DNA from: Octopus sinensis
Lineage: Eukaryota
Assembly: GCF_006345805.1 (NCBI RefSeq)
Contig: NC_043008.1
Location: 76,446,001 to 76,510,000, forward strand
DNA: 64,000 nucleotides
Direction of reading: 5' to 3'
Position 1 is the stretch's first letter; each line of letters starts with the position of its first letter. Shown piece by piece: positions 25,455 to 39,369 of this stretch. Made by a program: the position numbers and the translations under genes. Under the pieces are notes generated by a model. That model saw nothing but the letters and a program-made list of their open reading frames with translations. It made no database searches and was not told the origin of the DNA.

Positions 25455-26348
25455 ATTTTGCCTTTCTTCAAGACTAACACACCACACTTTCTCAGTCCGA
25501 AATCCATTCTAATATCAGCACAGTATCAACTAGGGAACTGACTTCGGATTCATCTTTACCATAAATTTTGAAGTCATCCATGAATAACAAGTAGTTGACT
25601 TATTGTTGGCGGTTTTTGAATACATACCCAGACTTTGCTTTCCTCAGAATCAGTACAAAGATCAGTGGGGACAGGAAGTCCCCTTGGAAGGTGCCTCTCT
25701 TGATTTCTATATTCTCTAAGCTTTTTCCATATGCTGTCAGTTCCGCATTCCAATTCGCCATGCTTTTTCCAAGCAATCGCTCAACATTCGATGCAATACC
25801 AAATAGGTTCAGTCTAGTTTTGGCTACGAGGAGTTGATTCTTGGTACTTTTGCACTTACGCTTGCAACTTTTTTGCTCATGTGGCAGGACTCCATTTTTT
25901 CCAGATATCCGTACATTGACTCTGCGACTATTCCAGTGAAATAATTTCTACATATGTGGCAAGCAGGATATGGGCCTATAATTGTCTACCGTATTGCCAT
26001 TGTCAACGACTCTGGTGTTACTTGGGTGGCATTTAATAAGGTGTTGAGTTGTGTAGCTATTCGTACATGACATTCACCAAATCTTTTGATCCAATAGCCT
26101 CGAACTCCATCTGGTCCCGGGGCCTTCTTGTTACTCTTTTCTTTTTACTCTTTTACTTGTTTCAGTCATTTGACTGCACCGCCTTTAATCGAGTAACTCG
26201 ACCACGGGACTTATTTTTTTTGTAAGCCCAGTACTTATTCTATCGGTCTCTTTTTGCCGAACCGCTAAGTAACGGGGACATAAGCACACCAGCGTCGGTT
26301 GTCAAGCAATGCTAGGGGGACAAACACAGACACACAAACACACACACG

Positions 26349-26417
<69 letters not shown>

Positions 26418-27960
26418 TACGACGGGCTTCTTTCAGTTTCCGTCTACCAAATCCACTCACAAGGCTTTGGTCGGCCCGAGGCTATAGTAGAAGACACTTG
26501 CCCAAGGTGCCACGCAGTGGGACTGAACCCGGAACCATGTAGTTGGTAAACAAGCTACTTACCACACAGCCACTCCTGCGCCATTTGTTGCCCATTTTTC
26601 TTCTTTGTTTTTGTTTTTTTGCTGATTTCCTTCACTTCCCTAACTGAAATGACTAGTTCTGCCAGTTTTGGACAGACTACTGTTTGTTTCAGTTCTTGAA
26701 ACCATTCAGCATCTTTCTTGTGCACCTTGTCTTTGCTCCAAATGTCACTCCAAATCATTTGACTTTCAATGGTTACTAACTTTTCATCAATGCACTCTCT
26801 ATTTATTTCTTTGTAGACTCTCTTCTGATCTACTCTGAATAACCTATTCTGCTTGTAACCATTCATTCTTTGGTCGTGTCTTACCATCTTAACTTTCTTT
26901 GCAACGAGGCGCTGCTTCAGTTTCTCTATTACTACTTTCTTTCAGTATTATACTTCCTGTTCAGTACCCTGTATATTTGTTTGCTTTTAAGCTCCTCCTT
27001 CTCTTTTTGGTCTAACACAGAAATGTCCCTCGAGAGCATATATAACCCGCATATACTCTTTGTTTCCAGCATGGATCTTCTCTTTTGTTATTACCATTAA
27101 ATTTCTTTTTCTTGACATCAACACCCACATTTTCTGCTACAAAAATACTTGCTGCCTTGATTATTTGTTTCTGTGATTTTTTTGTTCTGATGTATTTCAG
27201 AATTTCATCCACATATTTCTTTTCTTGGTTCAATTTCCACCGGCCAACCTTTTTAAGGTTGCAAATAATGTCACTATCTTTCTCCTGAACCCTTGCCCAT
27301 CTGTCATGTCACCATTAGTTTTATTGTCTTCTTCTAAACCATATTTATGCCTCTCATTGAGCAAGTTATCACTGTTCCTGTCCTGTGTTTATTCACCTCT
27401 GTTTTCTGCTATGAGATTACTTTTATCAGTAGGAATTGTATTTTCATCATTTCCTCTGCTGCTGTTTTTCAAGACCCGTCTTTTGAAAACTTCTAGCTCT
27501 ACTTCTGTGAACCAAACATTTTTTTCTTTTGTTATTGCTCTAGCTTGATCACATAATTTCTATTCCGTGAGCTGAAAAAATCCTCTTTTTCTCAATTGAT
27601 CATGCATACGATGTCGCTATCCCCTAAGATGAACACCATTTTCGTCTACGAGTTTGCTCAGGTAGCAACACTCCATCACCACAGCATTGATTTGTTTGTT
27701 CCATCTACACAGTATATGCTGGTCCCTTGTTGGATAACGACAGGCTGGAGTCAGACCAGTATCTCTGAGCCTGCCGGGTGTAACACTGTCACCATTGATG
27801 GCTTCGGTTACATTGCCACCGTTATTCACAATATTTTGAGTTTTCATTGTCACTGATATGAGGTAGCGATTATCAAGTTGCGCAGTTACCAGTGTTTTTA
27901 TTGTGACACCATCACTAGATGTATCATCAATCAGAGCATAGGGAAATTCTAACCGCTTCT
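25455..27960 (-). mobile_element. Degenerate R4/Dong LINE (5' end to RT), interrupted by a SINE
   Basis: N-terminal RWNKQINAVVMECCYLSK; QNRLFRVDQKRVY..IWSDIWS; FQGDFLSPL; LFMDDFKIYGK. Confidence 0.82.
26135..26582 (-). mobile_element. tRNA/CORE-type SINE, family B, with internal (TA)n
   Basis: Head GGCGCAGGAGTGGCTGTGTGGTAAG...GGTTCAGTCCC, CORE-like ACCTTGGGCAAGTG; (AAAGAGT)n tail; copies at 38549 and 61725. Confidence 0.9.
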
Positions 27961-28350
27961 TTTCATTATTATTGTTGCTGTTATTGTTGTTGTTCTTATC
28001 ATTATTATTAATTCCATTTATTATTAAAGGGTATTATTAAATGTTGTTTAGTTTCAACCTTTGTTTTGTACTTGATATGATCATAAATATGTGAGTGTTT
28101 AAGTAGTAGCAAGCGAGACAGCTTGGTGAATAGTTTAAATTCCAAAGGTCTATAAATAGATTCGGCAAACGGTGAAGAGATCAGCAATGGGCAATCCTAT
28201 GCGATAAGGAGACAAAAGTAGCCTCACACCCTTGGGGTCAACAGAGGTCAAATGTGCTTACTACTAGCGATCAATAAGAGCGCTGACCTTGGCTTGAAAA
28301 AAACGAATTCACGTTGTTCTATTTTTAATTACTGATAGAAAAAATGATTT

Positions 28351-28399
<49 letters not shown>

Positions 28400-28409
28400 T
28401 ATATATATG

Positions 28410-28450
<41 letters not shown>

Positions 28451-28671
28451 CACATTATTTACATTATTTACATTTGACGGATATTTGTCAGTTTGTTTCT
28501 TGTTAACACAACAACAACAACTATAATAATAATAATAATAGTTTTTTTTTTAAATGTGCAGTTTGTATATATTGGCCGGTGCTTACCTCATTTTTTGTTG
28601 TTGTTTTTTATTGTGCATTTAATTATGCTGTTACAGCAAAAGACATGTTTATATATTAGGGTAGTCAGACA

Positions 28672-28921
28672 AAAAGGAAAGATAAAATTTTCCCACAAAA
28701 TTGTAGATATTAAAGTTTCTAAGTTTTTTAGAGATGTTCATTCGTATGTCCGATCAGGGAAGACTAGTGTTTTGCAATGAAAATGATGTTTACATTTTCG
28801 AATACTCAGGGAGAAAGGAAAGGAAAGAGAAGTAGTGTAAAATTTTTACAGAAAGTTGTAGATATTAAAGTTTTTAAATTCACTTAGATGATCTTTTGTT
28901 TGCCCGAACAGAGAAAACTGG
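28672..28921 (+). repeat. Tandem duplication, period ~150 bp
   Basis: TTGTAGATATTAAAGTTT...TAGA..T..CCGA.CAG.GAA.ACT.G occurs twice. Confidence 0.65.
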
Positions 28922-31876
28922 CATAGTATTAGTTGTCCATAATTTCAAACAGTCGGCTACACAGATCACAAATTCGTGACCTGTAAGGTTGATTTAGATA
29001 GCATATGTAGGCACGGCCCCGGCAACTGGAGGCTGAACACGTCACTCCCGGCTGTCCAAGCTTTCAGAGACTGGATTAAAGAGTTAGTTCAGAAAGCTTT
29101 GACGGGGGGGGGGGGCAATCGTCAATAATAAATTGTGGTATAAACTAAAAAGAGCCATCAAAGTAGAATCAGTTAGATTTAGTAAAGTTTAAGCTGTAGA
29201 AACAAATAGATTAGAGGGCGAGTTAGTGAGGAAGCTAGAAGTGGCGCTTAGGAAAGGCATTGCAACTGATGTACTGGCAGCGAGGTTGGCCCTCGATGAA
29301 CACTTCAACGCCGATCACGAAGGTTGCATGGTTAGGACTAAGGCCCATGCTCTGAGACAAGAGGGAACCAATGCTGCCCGATGGGCCCCAGTGGCTGATG
29401 CGCAAAATGGCGACAAAAACACCATTCACTCTTTGGTGAACCAAACTAGGCGCACGGTGAACGAGCCGGAGCAGATGTGTGCGGCTTTTCAGCAACATTT
29501 TGTCGAATTGTTCGGGACGAACGGTGGGCCAGATCGCAGGATGGATGCCACGACTCTCGGCAACTGGTGCGGAGTGTGGCGAATGGTCGATAACAATTAA
29601 AGAAATATAGGACGAGATAATGGGCTGCATGGTGGAGGGGGGGAGAGAAACCGCCGGTTTGAGATGGTCTGCCCTACGAGCTTTATTCTAGTATGCAAGA
29701 CTTGTTTGCAGGCCTCTTGGTAGATATCTACTGCAACTGGCAACAGAATGAGAGAATTCCCAAATCTGTTAGCCGAGGAGCAGTGCTACTGCTAAGAAAG
29801 GATCCAAACAAGGGCGAGGTATTAGATAATTTTAGGTCCATCATTCAGCTTAATGTAGACATGAAAATTTTGGGCAAAGTTTTAGTGAAGAGGTTGGCAC
29901 TCGTCCTCGAGAAACTGGTTGGAGACGCACAAACATGCGCCGTCCCAAACAGGTCCATCCTTGACAACCTCCACCTCATGCGCTGCATCATGGATAGTGT
30001 AGTTAAGAAATCTGGTATGGGTGGGGCTTTGATCAATTTAGATCAGTCAAAAGCCTTTGATAGTGTTGACCATCAATATCTGGTGGTTTGTTCTAACGGC
30101 GGCCGATTTCGGTCCGGTTTTCCTCTGTTAGATCGCTGCCATGTAGTGACATCTGCTCGGTAGTCCGGGTGAATGGTCACATATCGAAACCATTCAACAT
30201 CGTGCATTCGGTCTGTCAAGGGTGCCCTCTCTCGTCCCTTCTGTATGTACTGACCCTCGAACCATTACTTCAGAAACTGGAGACGTTAAGAGGTATCTCG
30301 CATGAACTAGGATGTGGGGGTGTTGTATCGGCATAAGCTGACGACGTCACTGTCATAGTGTTGGACGACAAGTACATAGATTTGGTCAGCACTATCGTTA
30401 AAGAATACGAGCAAGTAAAGGGAGCAAAGATTAAACCGGGAAAATCGGTGGTTCTGCAGCTCGGCACCTGGAGAGGCAGATCCATGCTGACCTTGTAGGA
30501 CGTTGGACAGTCAGGCCCGTAAAATTGCTCGGTGTCTGGTTCGGTCCAAATTTCCAACTGGAGAGGAACTGGAGCGAGGTGGCGAGCAGGGTAGCCATTC
30601 TCACCCAGAAATCGGCCGAGCGAAAGCTATACTTGAAAGGTCAGGCAGAGGTGGCGAACACTTACGTCGTCTCAGTCATTTACTACCGCCTCACCGTCGT
30701 GCTTTGCCCCAGCTCGTACCTGGTCAAGCTGGACAGTTTGCTTTTCTGCCTCTTATGGAAGGGGCGGCCTCTCCTGGTCAGACGCTCCATTTGCTGTCAA
30801 CACCCTATGAATGGAGGGCTGGGTTTTCTGTGGCTATTGATATACAGACATGCGCTGAGCTTGCGACTCATCCTGCGTTTCCTCAACGACAGTGCGCAGG
30901 TGTGGTCACCTTTGTCAGACTAGCTTTACTACAACTCATCTCTTTGAGTGAGCTGCAATTTTGGATTAAGCGTAGATCGAGGCTGGAGGTCTGGCACCTT
31001 AAGTCGCTAGGCGTTCACGCTCCTCAGCCGATCGGGCAATGCGGTTAGAGGAATTTCTACTATGGCGTTGTATAGAAAGTTATTAGTGAAAGGAAACGAC
31101 AACATTCTTGGAGAGACTCTAAGCATCGATGAATTTCAACTCACCAGTCTGTTCCAGAGGACTTTCTGGCCAGGGCTTATGGATAACTTCCAGAAATACC
31201 TGGCCTGGCAGTGTTATAGGGAAGCTTTGCCTGTTCGAGATAAACTGTACAGGCATGGAAGTGGCCGAGATGTGCACAGATTGACGAAACCCTATGTGAC
31301 TGAGCATATCTGATATATGGTTTTATGTCGAACACCTGCTGACACGTGTAGGACGTGTACGCTTGTTGGCTGATTCCATCATGAAGATTGCCCCGCCGCC
31401 TTCCTTTGACCAGCAAGAGAAGGCAATTTTCAACTGTCTCGTGGCTTTTGCGAAAGAGGTTGTGTGGTGGTCTAGGCTGAAAGGGCTGAAGAAACATACT
31501 TTTCTCTTTGACCTACCCCTTATCAACTTTTTCAGATACCATCTGGAAAGGAAGGTGAGGGTAGAGAGAGAAGTGCTGACTTCCAGCAATTTTGTTAAAA
31601 GGTGGGTGAATGTGGCGAAGACGGTCCGTGTCAACTTTGAGCATGCGCTTGTGAGTTTCCAAGGCTGAGAAAGATATAAAGATGGGGCGCGCATGTGGAT
31701 TTTTCGTGGGGTCTCCATGAGTAGCCCAGTGTTGCTTGCTTCCTTTAGGCATTTTCTTTGTTATTTTTTCATTGTTGTCGACTTTTACACGACACTTTAT
31801 CAAACCCCACTTTGTCCTTCATGTTTTGTAATGTCCAATCTTCTTTTTGTCGGCCCTTGTGGCTAATAAAGAAACG

Positions 31877-31877
<1 letters not shown>
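28915..31877 (+). mobile_element. Tx1 (L1-clade) LINE, 5'-truncated, frameshifted ORF2
   Basis: APE end TDH..GPGNWRLNTSL; RT DGLPYE, LDQSKAFDSVDH, QGCPLS, A*ADDV; LGVWFG; 3' UTR ending GGCCCTTGTGGCTAATAAAGAAA plus (TTA)n. Confidence 0.92.

Positions 31878-31971
<94 letters not shown>
31878..31971. repeat. (TTA)n tail of the Tx1 element
   Basis: Direct observation. Confidence 0.95.
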
Positions 31972-31972
<1 letters not shown>

Positions 31973-32742
31973 TCCGTTTCCCGCTAATATGTTGCCACCA
32001 TTTTGTGATTTGTATTACCCAGATAGTTTTATATATACATCATTTATATTTATATTGTTTCGCGTTTTTATGCTTTTATTAATTTCCTGGTGCCCTTTTC
32101 CATTGTTAAAGGGAAAACATTGCTGTTGATTTTTCATTAATACACCTTATACATTTTTAAGGCTATCATTGCTGAACTGAAAAGAAAACAAATTATTTTA
32201 CTCTATAAAACATCGTTTAAAACATTCCGTAGATTAACGCAACAATTTTCTTATAGTCTTCTAGCATGTTGAGTGTTTCATTGAATTCCATTACAAATAT
32301 TACGATAAAGAAGCAATCAGTTTGTTGTTCATGTTATGCACTTTTTAAGATATTTGTTCTGCTAAATTTATATTCTCTATCTGAAGTCAACCATTCATTT
32401 TATATTAAAATTAATGTGTATTAGGTTTCAATATTGTTCAACTATCGTATTTTCGAAAGCTTATCTGATTTAAAATTAGGGAGACAATACTTGTATGTCC
32501 TGGTAGGTTTTATGCACTTCATTATAACGTTATGCACACACCTCTCATAGATTTTGTACGTATGCTCACTGATACAATCATCCGAACAGAGACATACTTA
32601 TACACACACTGCTTCATACACACAATCACACGCACACGCGCGCAGCTCACACACTAACAAACACGCACATGCTTACAGTTCACACACTAACACACACATA
32701 CAAAAACACACAGACACACACACACACAAAGAGGAGAGAGGG

Positions 32743-32776
<34 letters not shown>

Positions 32777-33592
32777 ATACAGATAAGCATAGATAAACTA
32801 TTTGATATACTATCGATGTAAGCAAAATGATTTGGATTCAAGCTGCATTCTGTGAGAGTTTGGTACCATTTTCTGTAACATCTTATGCATTTCTTTCTTG
32901 TATGTTTTGCGTAAGTTACGAAAGATTTGACACATCTATGACATATTTATGATAAATTTATAACATGTTTATGACATATGTTTGACATATATGACATCCA
33001 TCACCTCCTGAAAAACAATGGTTGTAAACAAGACCAAACCTTGTAACTAAGACAAAGTGGAAAATATTCAAGATGATAAATAAGAAAATGAAATCACTTG
33101 AAGTATTTGCTGTTACAATATATTTTGTTATGGTATTTGGTAAATGAACCATTCCATAACCCTGTCCGATTGAAATATAACCTGTTTTCTCGTTTTTTTT
33201 TTTTGTTTTCCAGTTTGTGTGTGTATATGTGTGTATACGTGTGTGTGCGTGAGATTGTGTTTGTAGGCGCGTATGTGAGCAACAGAGTTTCTTTTATTCA
33301 AGCTATTATTATCCTCAATGTCACCTACGAACCATTATTTGGTTTGTTTATTCTTTCAACATTAAATTTTTCTAATATTAATTTGTATCAACGTTAGTTC
33401 CTTCTCCATTTGTTTCACTTCTTTCACAGAAACAGTTTATTAAAAAAATATCCCTTGTGAAATATTTTCTAGTTAATAGCTGTTTCTGGAAGACATTCGT
33501 TAATTCATACAATTTTATGGAACTGAAATTTATTGAAAACCAATGCTAAGTTGAAATTTCATAAGATCTTTCTCGCTCCCACTGTGTGTTTA

Positions 33593-33679
<87 letters not shown>

Positions 33680-33724
33680 ATATATATATAATATATATAT
33701 ATATTCAGACAGAGAGAGAGATTC

Positions 33725-34290
33725 CATTTGGAATTCAATCCCATAACTCAAACTCCACACGCCCTTCAACATGGCAGACATTACTTTCAACGAAGTGAGC
33801 ACAATGATGGCAAAATGTCATTTAGGTTCTGCTCCAGGGTCATCTGGCACCACGTATAGAATTTACAAAATGTGCCTACTATTGTAAAGGAAGTTGACAA
33901 GACCTTTACGCCTTATCTGGGAGAAGAAGCAGGAACCCAGGCTCTGAACACTCGCTGAGGCTAAAAGAAGAGAACATTGCAGGACTTGATCAGATTTGAG
34001 TGATCACTCTTTTGTGCGTTGACGGTACGATCTTTTTGGCCATTATTACCAAAAGGGAAACGTCATATGTCTTGGTTAACAAGTATATCGACACAAACAC
34101 CCAGAAAGGAGGAGTCGCAGGCCACCCTGGACGCCTCGAGCACACATCAGCAATCAGCTGGATCATGCCTCACTATCTTCAGAGTGCACTTATGTACTAC
34201 CAAGTATCAAAAGAAATATTCAGATTTATATTGTTCCACGGATTCATTGAGGCTGAGGCTCACCGTTGGAAATTTCATCACGAAGTGACA
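33725..34290 (+). mobile_element. Hero-clade REL retrotransposon RT fragment
   Basis: SAPGSSGTTYRIYKMC; ITLLCVDGTIFLAII; NKYIDTNTQKGGVAGHPGRLEHTS ~ Hero NYIDTSVQKGGxPGxSGCLEHT. Confidence 0.7.
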
Positions 34291-34520
34291 GCAATTAGAA
34301 AAACGCAACATGTCTAGTGCACAACTGGCGTGATGCTAAGCTAGCTAAGTCTCACTGCCACACTTAGATGTAGCGTGCAAGCTAAGGGGCGAAATACTTG
34401 AGGCCCTGAGATACTTTCTGACGATACGAAAGGTTTTCCAGCATTGCAATGGATTTAGAATAGCTTGCAAAACATTTGAGTCGCTACTGCCATTTCTACA
34501 TGGGGAAATAAGCATCTATT

Positions 34521-34586
<66 letters not shown>

Positions 34587-34739
34587 GGCCAAATACAAAT
34601 ACGAGCTCAGTACTTGGTACGAATAAGATCACAAGAACAGCAACATGAATGAAAAGGGCTGAGAAAACAACCAAAGGGCAGATTAACGCAGAATAATGTA
34701 TTGTAGACTCCATCCGATGCCGGTACAATCAAATATAAT

Positions 34740-35260
34740 CCTGCAACTTATCCTCTGGAGGCATGGAATGGAATCAGGAACAATGCATGTGCCAGGACTC
34801 TGAAGCAGGTTCAAATGGAAATAAATGATAATGATTTGTAATTTAACTGTAACTACTATTATGGGTAAAGAGCAGGAATTAGTGGATGGTACTAAATACT
34901 ACCAACACATTTACACCAAACAGCAAGTCCAAATACAATTCCTTCCATCTTCAAGGAAGTATTTGGATTGCAAGTTCAAATACAAATGCTTCGTTAATTA
35001 CATGTAAAGCTTTATATCTAAAAACTAAGTCATTTGTCTTGCAAGGTGACTTCAATGCACATGTTGACACTGATCACCGGACATGGAAAAGAGTGATTAG
35101 AAGGAATAGCAACCCTGAACGTAATACAAATTGAGAAGCTTTACTCGACTTATGTGCTGCAAATCGGCTCTCTCATATGAACACATTCTTCCAATACACG
35201 GATAGCCATAAGTATAGAGATACGGATAGATTTTGTAATCGTTTCTGATGTTCTCGCTGC
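34740..35260 (+). mobile_element. RTE-type APE endonuclease fragment
   Basis: GDFNAHVDTD..TWKRVIRR..LLDLCAANRL..NTFFQ..HKY..IDFVIVS. Confidence 0.7.
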
Positions 35261-35609
35261 TGTGAATAGACTCAGATAGCAGACTGCTAGATGGTGACCA
35301 GTTAATCGTTGAGCCTCTATCTCTTTTCGCCGGTGGTCCTCAACTACTTTTTGTCTATGGACCACTTTGATTCCTATTTTTCTCAGGCAAAGTGACCCGC
35401 ATAGCCACTAAAAACAGTGTGTAGTACCGGATTTCATGGGAAATGTTGGGGCTCAGTCAACAAAGAGTGAGAGAGCAAAAACCAGTTAGATGTTGCTATA
35501 TATCGACACAAACCATATGTGTCTCAAAATTTGAAGAACAAATAATACTTTTATACATTAGATATACACATAATATTCTACTTCTCATATAGATGTAGCC
35601 TTTATAAAA

Positions 35610-36620
35610 TACGAGGGGTGTATGAAAAGTTTTGAGCCTAACCTAGAAACGGGGCTGCTAGTAGCTGAAACAATTTTTCTGGTAAGTACAGTCTTTTCGG
35701 AGTATTCTTGCTCTTTTTCATGATTCTGATTTTTTTTTTTTTTGTTACAGATTTTTGAATAAACAAGTGTCGAAGTTACAAGCAAAATGGAGAAAACTGA
35801 GTATCGTGCTGTCATAAAGTACCTTCATTTGAAAGGCATGACTCCATCAGAAATCCATGAAGATATGGGGGAACCTTAACAAACAATGCTCCTTCATATG
35901 CAACAGTTAAATGCTGGGTAAATGAATTCCAGCGTGACAGGGGGAGTGTGGAAGATGATCCCATAACAGGGAGGCCTCCAGCTGCAACCACCGAGGACAA
36001 CATTGATCTTGCTCTTGGTATGATAATGCATGATCGTCGAATATCATGTCGCCAGATAGCTGAGAGATTGGGCATCGCAAATGAAAGAGCAGAAAACATT
36101 GTGACAAAAGAACTTGGGTTCTCAATGGTTTCTGCAAGGTGGGTCCCTTGCCTTTTGACTCCTGGACAGAAACGCACCAGGTGCACTTTGTCCACGAGCA
36201 CACTGGAACAGAGGAGTCCTTTTTCATCACGACAATGCTCCAGCGCACTCCTCAGTGGTTGCCATTGCAACAATTCGGGATTGTGGATACGAACTTGTTC
36301 CCCATCTGCCCTATTCACCAGACTTAGCCCTCTCTGACTTTCATCTATTCCCGTAAAATGAAAAAAGCCCTGGTTGGTTGCCATTTTGCCACTGAAAATG
36401 TCATCATAGACACTGTAGGAAGTTTCTAGTCTCAAGTCTCAAACAAAATAGTTCCTCTACGCCGGGATAATGGCACTTCAGTACCGGTGGAGAAAGTGTT
36501 CAGCCATCAAAGGAGACTATGTTGAAAAATAAATCATCAGAAGTCTTGTACTATGTTTTTTTTTGCTTTCTTTTTTTCTTCTTTTTTTTGGAGGTTCAAG
36601 ACTTTTCAGATACCCTCGTA
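35610..36620 (+). mobile_element. Mariner, both TIRs, internally deleted
   Basis: TA-CGAGGGGTGTATGAAAAGT...ACTTTTCAGATACCCTCG-TA; MEKTEYRAVIKYL, ARWVPCLLT, HDNAPAH, YSPDLA; the region with the first catalytic Asp is deleted. Confidence 0.93.
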
Positions 36621-38209
36621 GTCCTTGGTAAATAATCTACGTTATAAACTTTACAGGTAACATATTCCATAGATTAAGATCGAAGAACAGATCAATCTCC
36701 ACCCTGTTTCGACGTCTTCATTTTACTCAGAAAGGCCTCTGAATTTGTATACAATAGTGTCCACAGTTGTTTCTTATCCCGTCATAAATCAGAGCTTCCT
36801 ACTTTATCCTGTTAGCAGCTTATTCTTCGACTGATCAATATAGATGACAAAAGAGGCTCAGTATGGAACTAAGCACTAAAAGAGCCTCTTGTTTTTAAAC
36901 AGGAAGTAGAAAAAATACCATCAGATCAAAGAGGAAGGCCGACAAAGCTTGACTTGAAAATAAGTCTCTTCTGCTCAGGCAGTACATTCAACTCGTAAAG
37001 TTGCAGCAGAGGCTGTAAAAACGTCCAAGATATTATAAGCTTATGTATTTTGATCTATTAAATGTTTCATCTATTATAATATTGTTTTCCCTTTGTCGAC
37101 TTAATTTCTTGAGTATACTCCCATATTTAAGTGAAGCAGAGTATCGTTTATTCCAGGCATAAAACAACACGTCAGTCACTAGGTGTAATCTTTAGTCTTT
37201 TTGATATTTTGTTGTTGCTGCTGTTAGAGTTGTTGTTTTTCCCCAGCCAGCTTTAACGGAGTAAGTTTATGAGTAAACGTGCTCAAACCGTAACTAGCCG
37301 TCTACTTTTACTGATAGTGTATAGTCAAGACATCATTATCTAATATGTTCAGTTTATTTTAAGCAGTATTTGTAAGGGATATTTTGCTACTATTTCTAGC
37401 AGCTCCACTGACCAAGTAAAGATTCTCCTTTTATGGTTGTTTATTTATGAGCTGATGGAGAGATGACATATTAAGTGATCTGCAGACTGATCAATAAATA
37501 TACTGTCCTATAAGTTAGAGAATGGTTATACTTAATATGATCTTACACACTGAAATATTTATGGAACAACTGGAAAAAAATTATATTGAGAATCCGGGTA
37601 TGGTAATCTAAAATTGGTGCATTTGTTAATTCGTTGTGGAGGCTTTCAATGAAATTCAAATTCTGCTTATGAAAAATACTTTCGCTGTAAATTCTTTGAA
37701 AACTAAAAATTTGAAAACAGACATGAAACATTCTGTCAGAAAGAGAAAGAATCGAAGAAGAATAAAATGTATAATGTAACATATGGAAATGGTTAACAGC
37801 TTATAATATCAACTAGTACTGGCAATTATAATGCATTCTTCAGGCTCTGCTGTTTTTTTGTTTGTTTTTTTTTACTCTTTACCATTATGTTAGAATAGTG
37901 ACTCTATGTTTCTGCCTTTATTATATCTGTAAAACTTACAATAAAAACTATGACAATTTGCCTTTCTGCTTCACTGATTTTCATTGAAAATCTTTTTTCT
38001 TAAATGAAGAAAATATGCATGAACGACTTCTATGTCTATCAGATACCAAATTCACAAATCGAAAAAGTTCATACGGCGTAAAAATACGACGAAATGAATA
38101 CAAAAGCATCAAAGTATACAACTTCTTTCCAATGAACAATAAAGATTCTTTGCTTTTAGAGAGCTGTTCGAAACTGAAGGCATACATATAGCAAGTATGT
38201 AGGCTATGC

Positions 38210-38319
<110 letters not shown>

Positions 38320-38548
38320 GTTTACTTGCATGTGTGTGTATCTACAAATGTAGATTGAAAGAGAAAGAAAAAGATGTATGTAAATATGTATCTGTGCATA
38401 TTTGTTTATAAATGTCAGCACCTCGCAAATATATTTATATCAGATTACGTATGAATATATATGTAAGTATTTACTCGTGGGTGTGAGTGAGTGTGTGTAT
38501 TTATGTATGCATTTTATGTTATGTATGCATAAGAGTATGTGTTGATGT

Positions 38549-38759
38549 ATACTCTTTTACTCTTTTACTTGTTTCAGTCATTTATCTGTGGCCATGCTGG
38601 AGCACCGCCTTTAGTCTAGCAAATCGACTCCAGAATTTATCCTTCGTAAGCTTAGTACTTATTCTCTCCGTCTCTTTTGCCGAACCGCTAAGTTACGGGG
38701 ACGTAAACATGCCCGCATCAGTTATCAAGCGTTGTTGGGGGCCAAACACAGACACACAA

Positions 38760-38830
<71 letters not shown>

Positions 38831-39000
38831 AACATATATACGACGGTCATCTTTCAGTTTCCGTCTACTAAATCCACTCACAAAGCCTTGGTTGGCCCGA
38901 GAGTATAGTAGAAGACACTTGGCCAAGGTGCCACGCGGTGGGACTGAACCCCGAACCATATGGTTGGTAAGAAAGCTACTTACCACACAGCCACTCCTAC
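38549..39000 (-). mobile_element. SINE family B
   Basis: Homologous to 26135-26582. Confidence 0.9.
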
Positions 39001-39109
39001 ACCTATGTTTATATAAATAAATATGTTTATATGAATATATATATATATATATATATATATAAGAAATTAAATCTACAAAAGAACGAAAGATTATGTCATG
39101 AACTTCATT

Positions 39110-39189
39110 AACTGACAGCTGTTTCTGCAATACAATAAAATGCGCTCGTAATTGAATACTTGTTGACTACCTAGAGCTTCATCAGAGCT
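39110..39189 (-). ncRNA. Putative type-I hammerhead ribozyme (PLE-type)
   Basis: AGCT-CTGATGA-...-GAAA-CAGCTG-TC-AGTT; 4-bp stem I, palindromic stem III, GUC site; stem II poorly paired. Confidence 0.55.
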
Positions 39190-39369
39190 TCAAAAGTATA
39201 ATGCAATTTCATTTGTGGAAGCATTTACATTTATCTGTACTTTTGAATTATATATATATATATCTTTATTTTCACTGACCAATTTTACGGAGATTATGTC
39301 TTCCATGAATTTTATATATATAAATAAAGAAAAGGTTTTGTATGCACACTTTTGTATATATACACTCCC

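Noticed and set aside
36660-37040. Possible continuation of the Hero element
   Set aside because: Only faint peptide resemblance.
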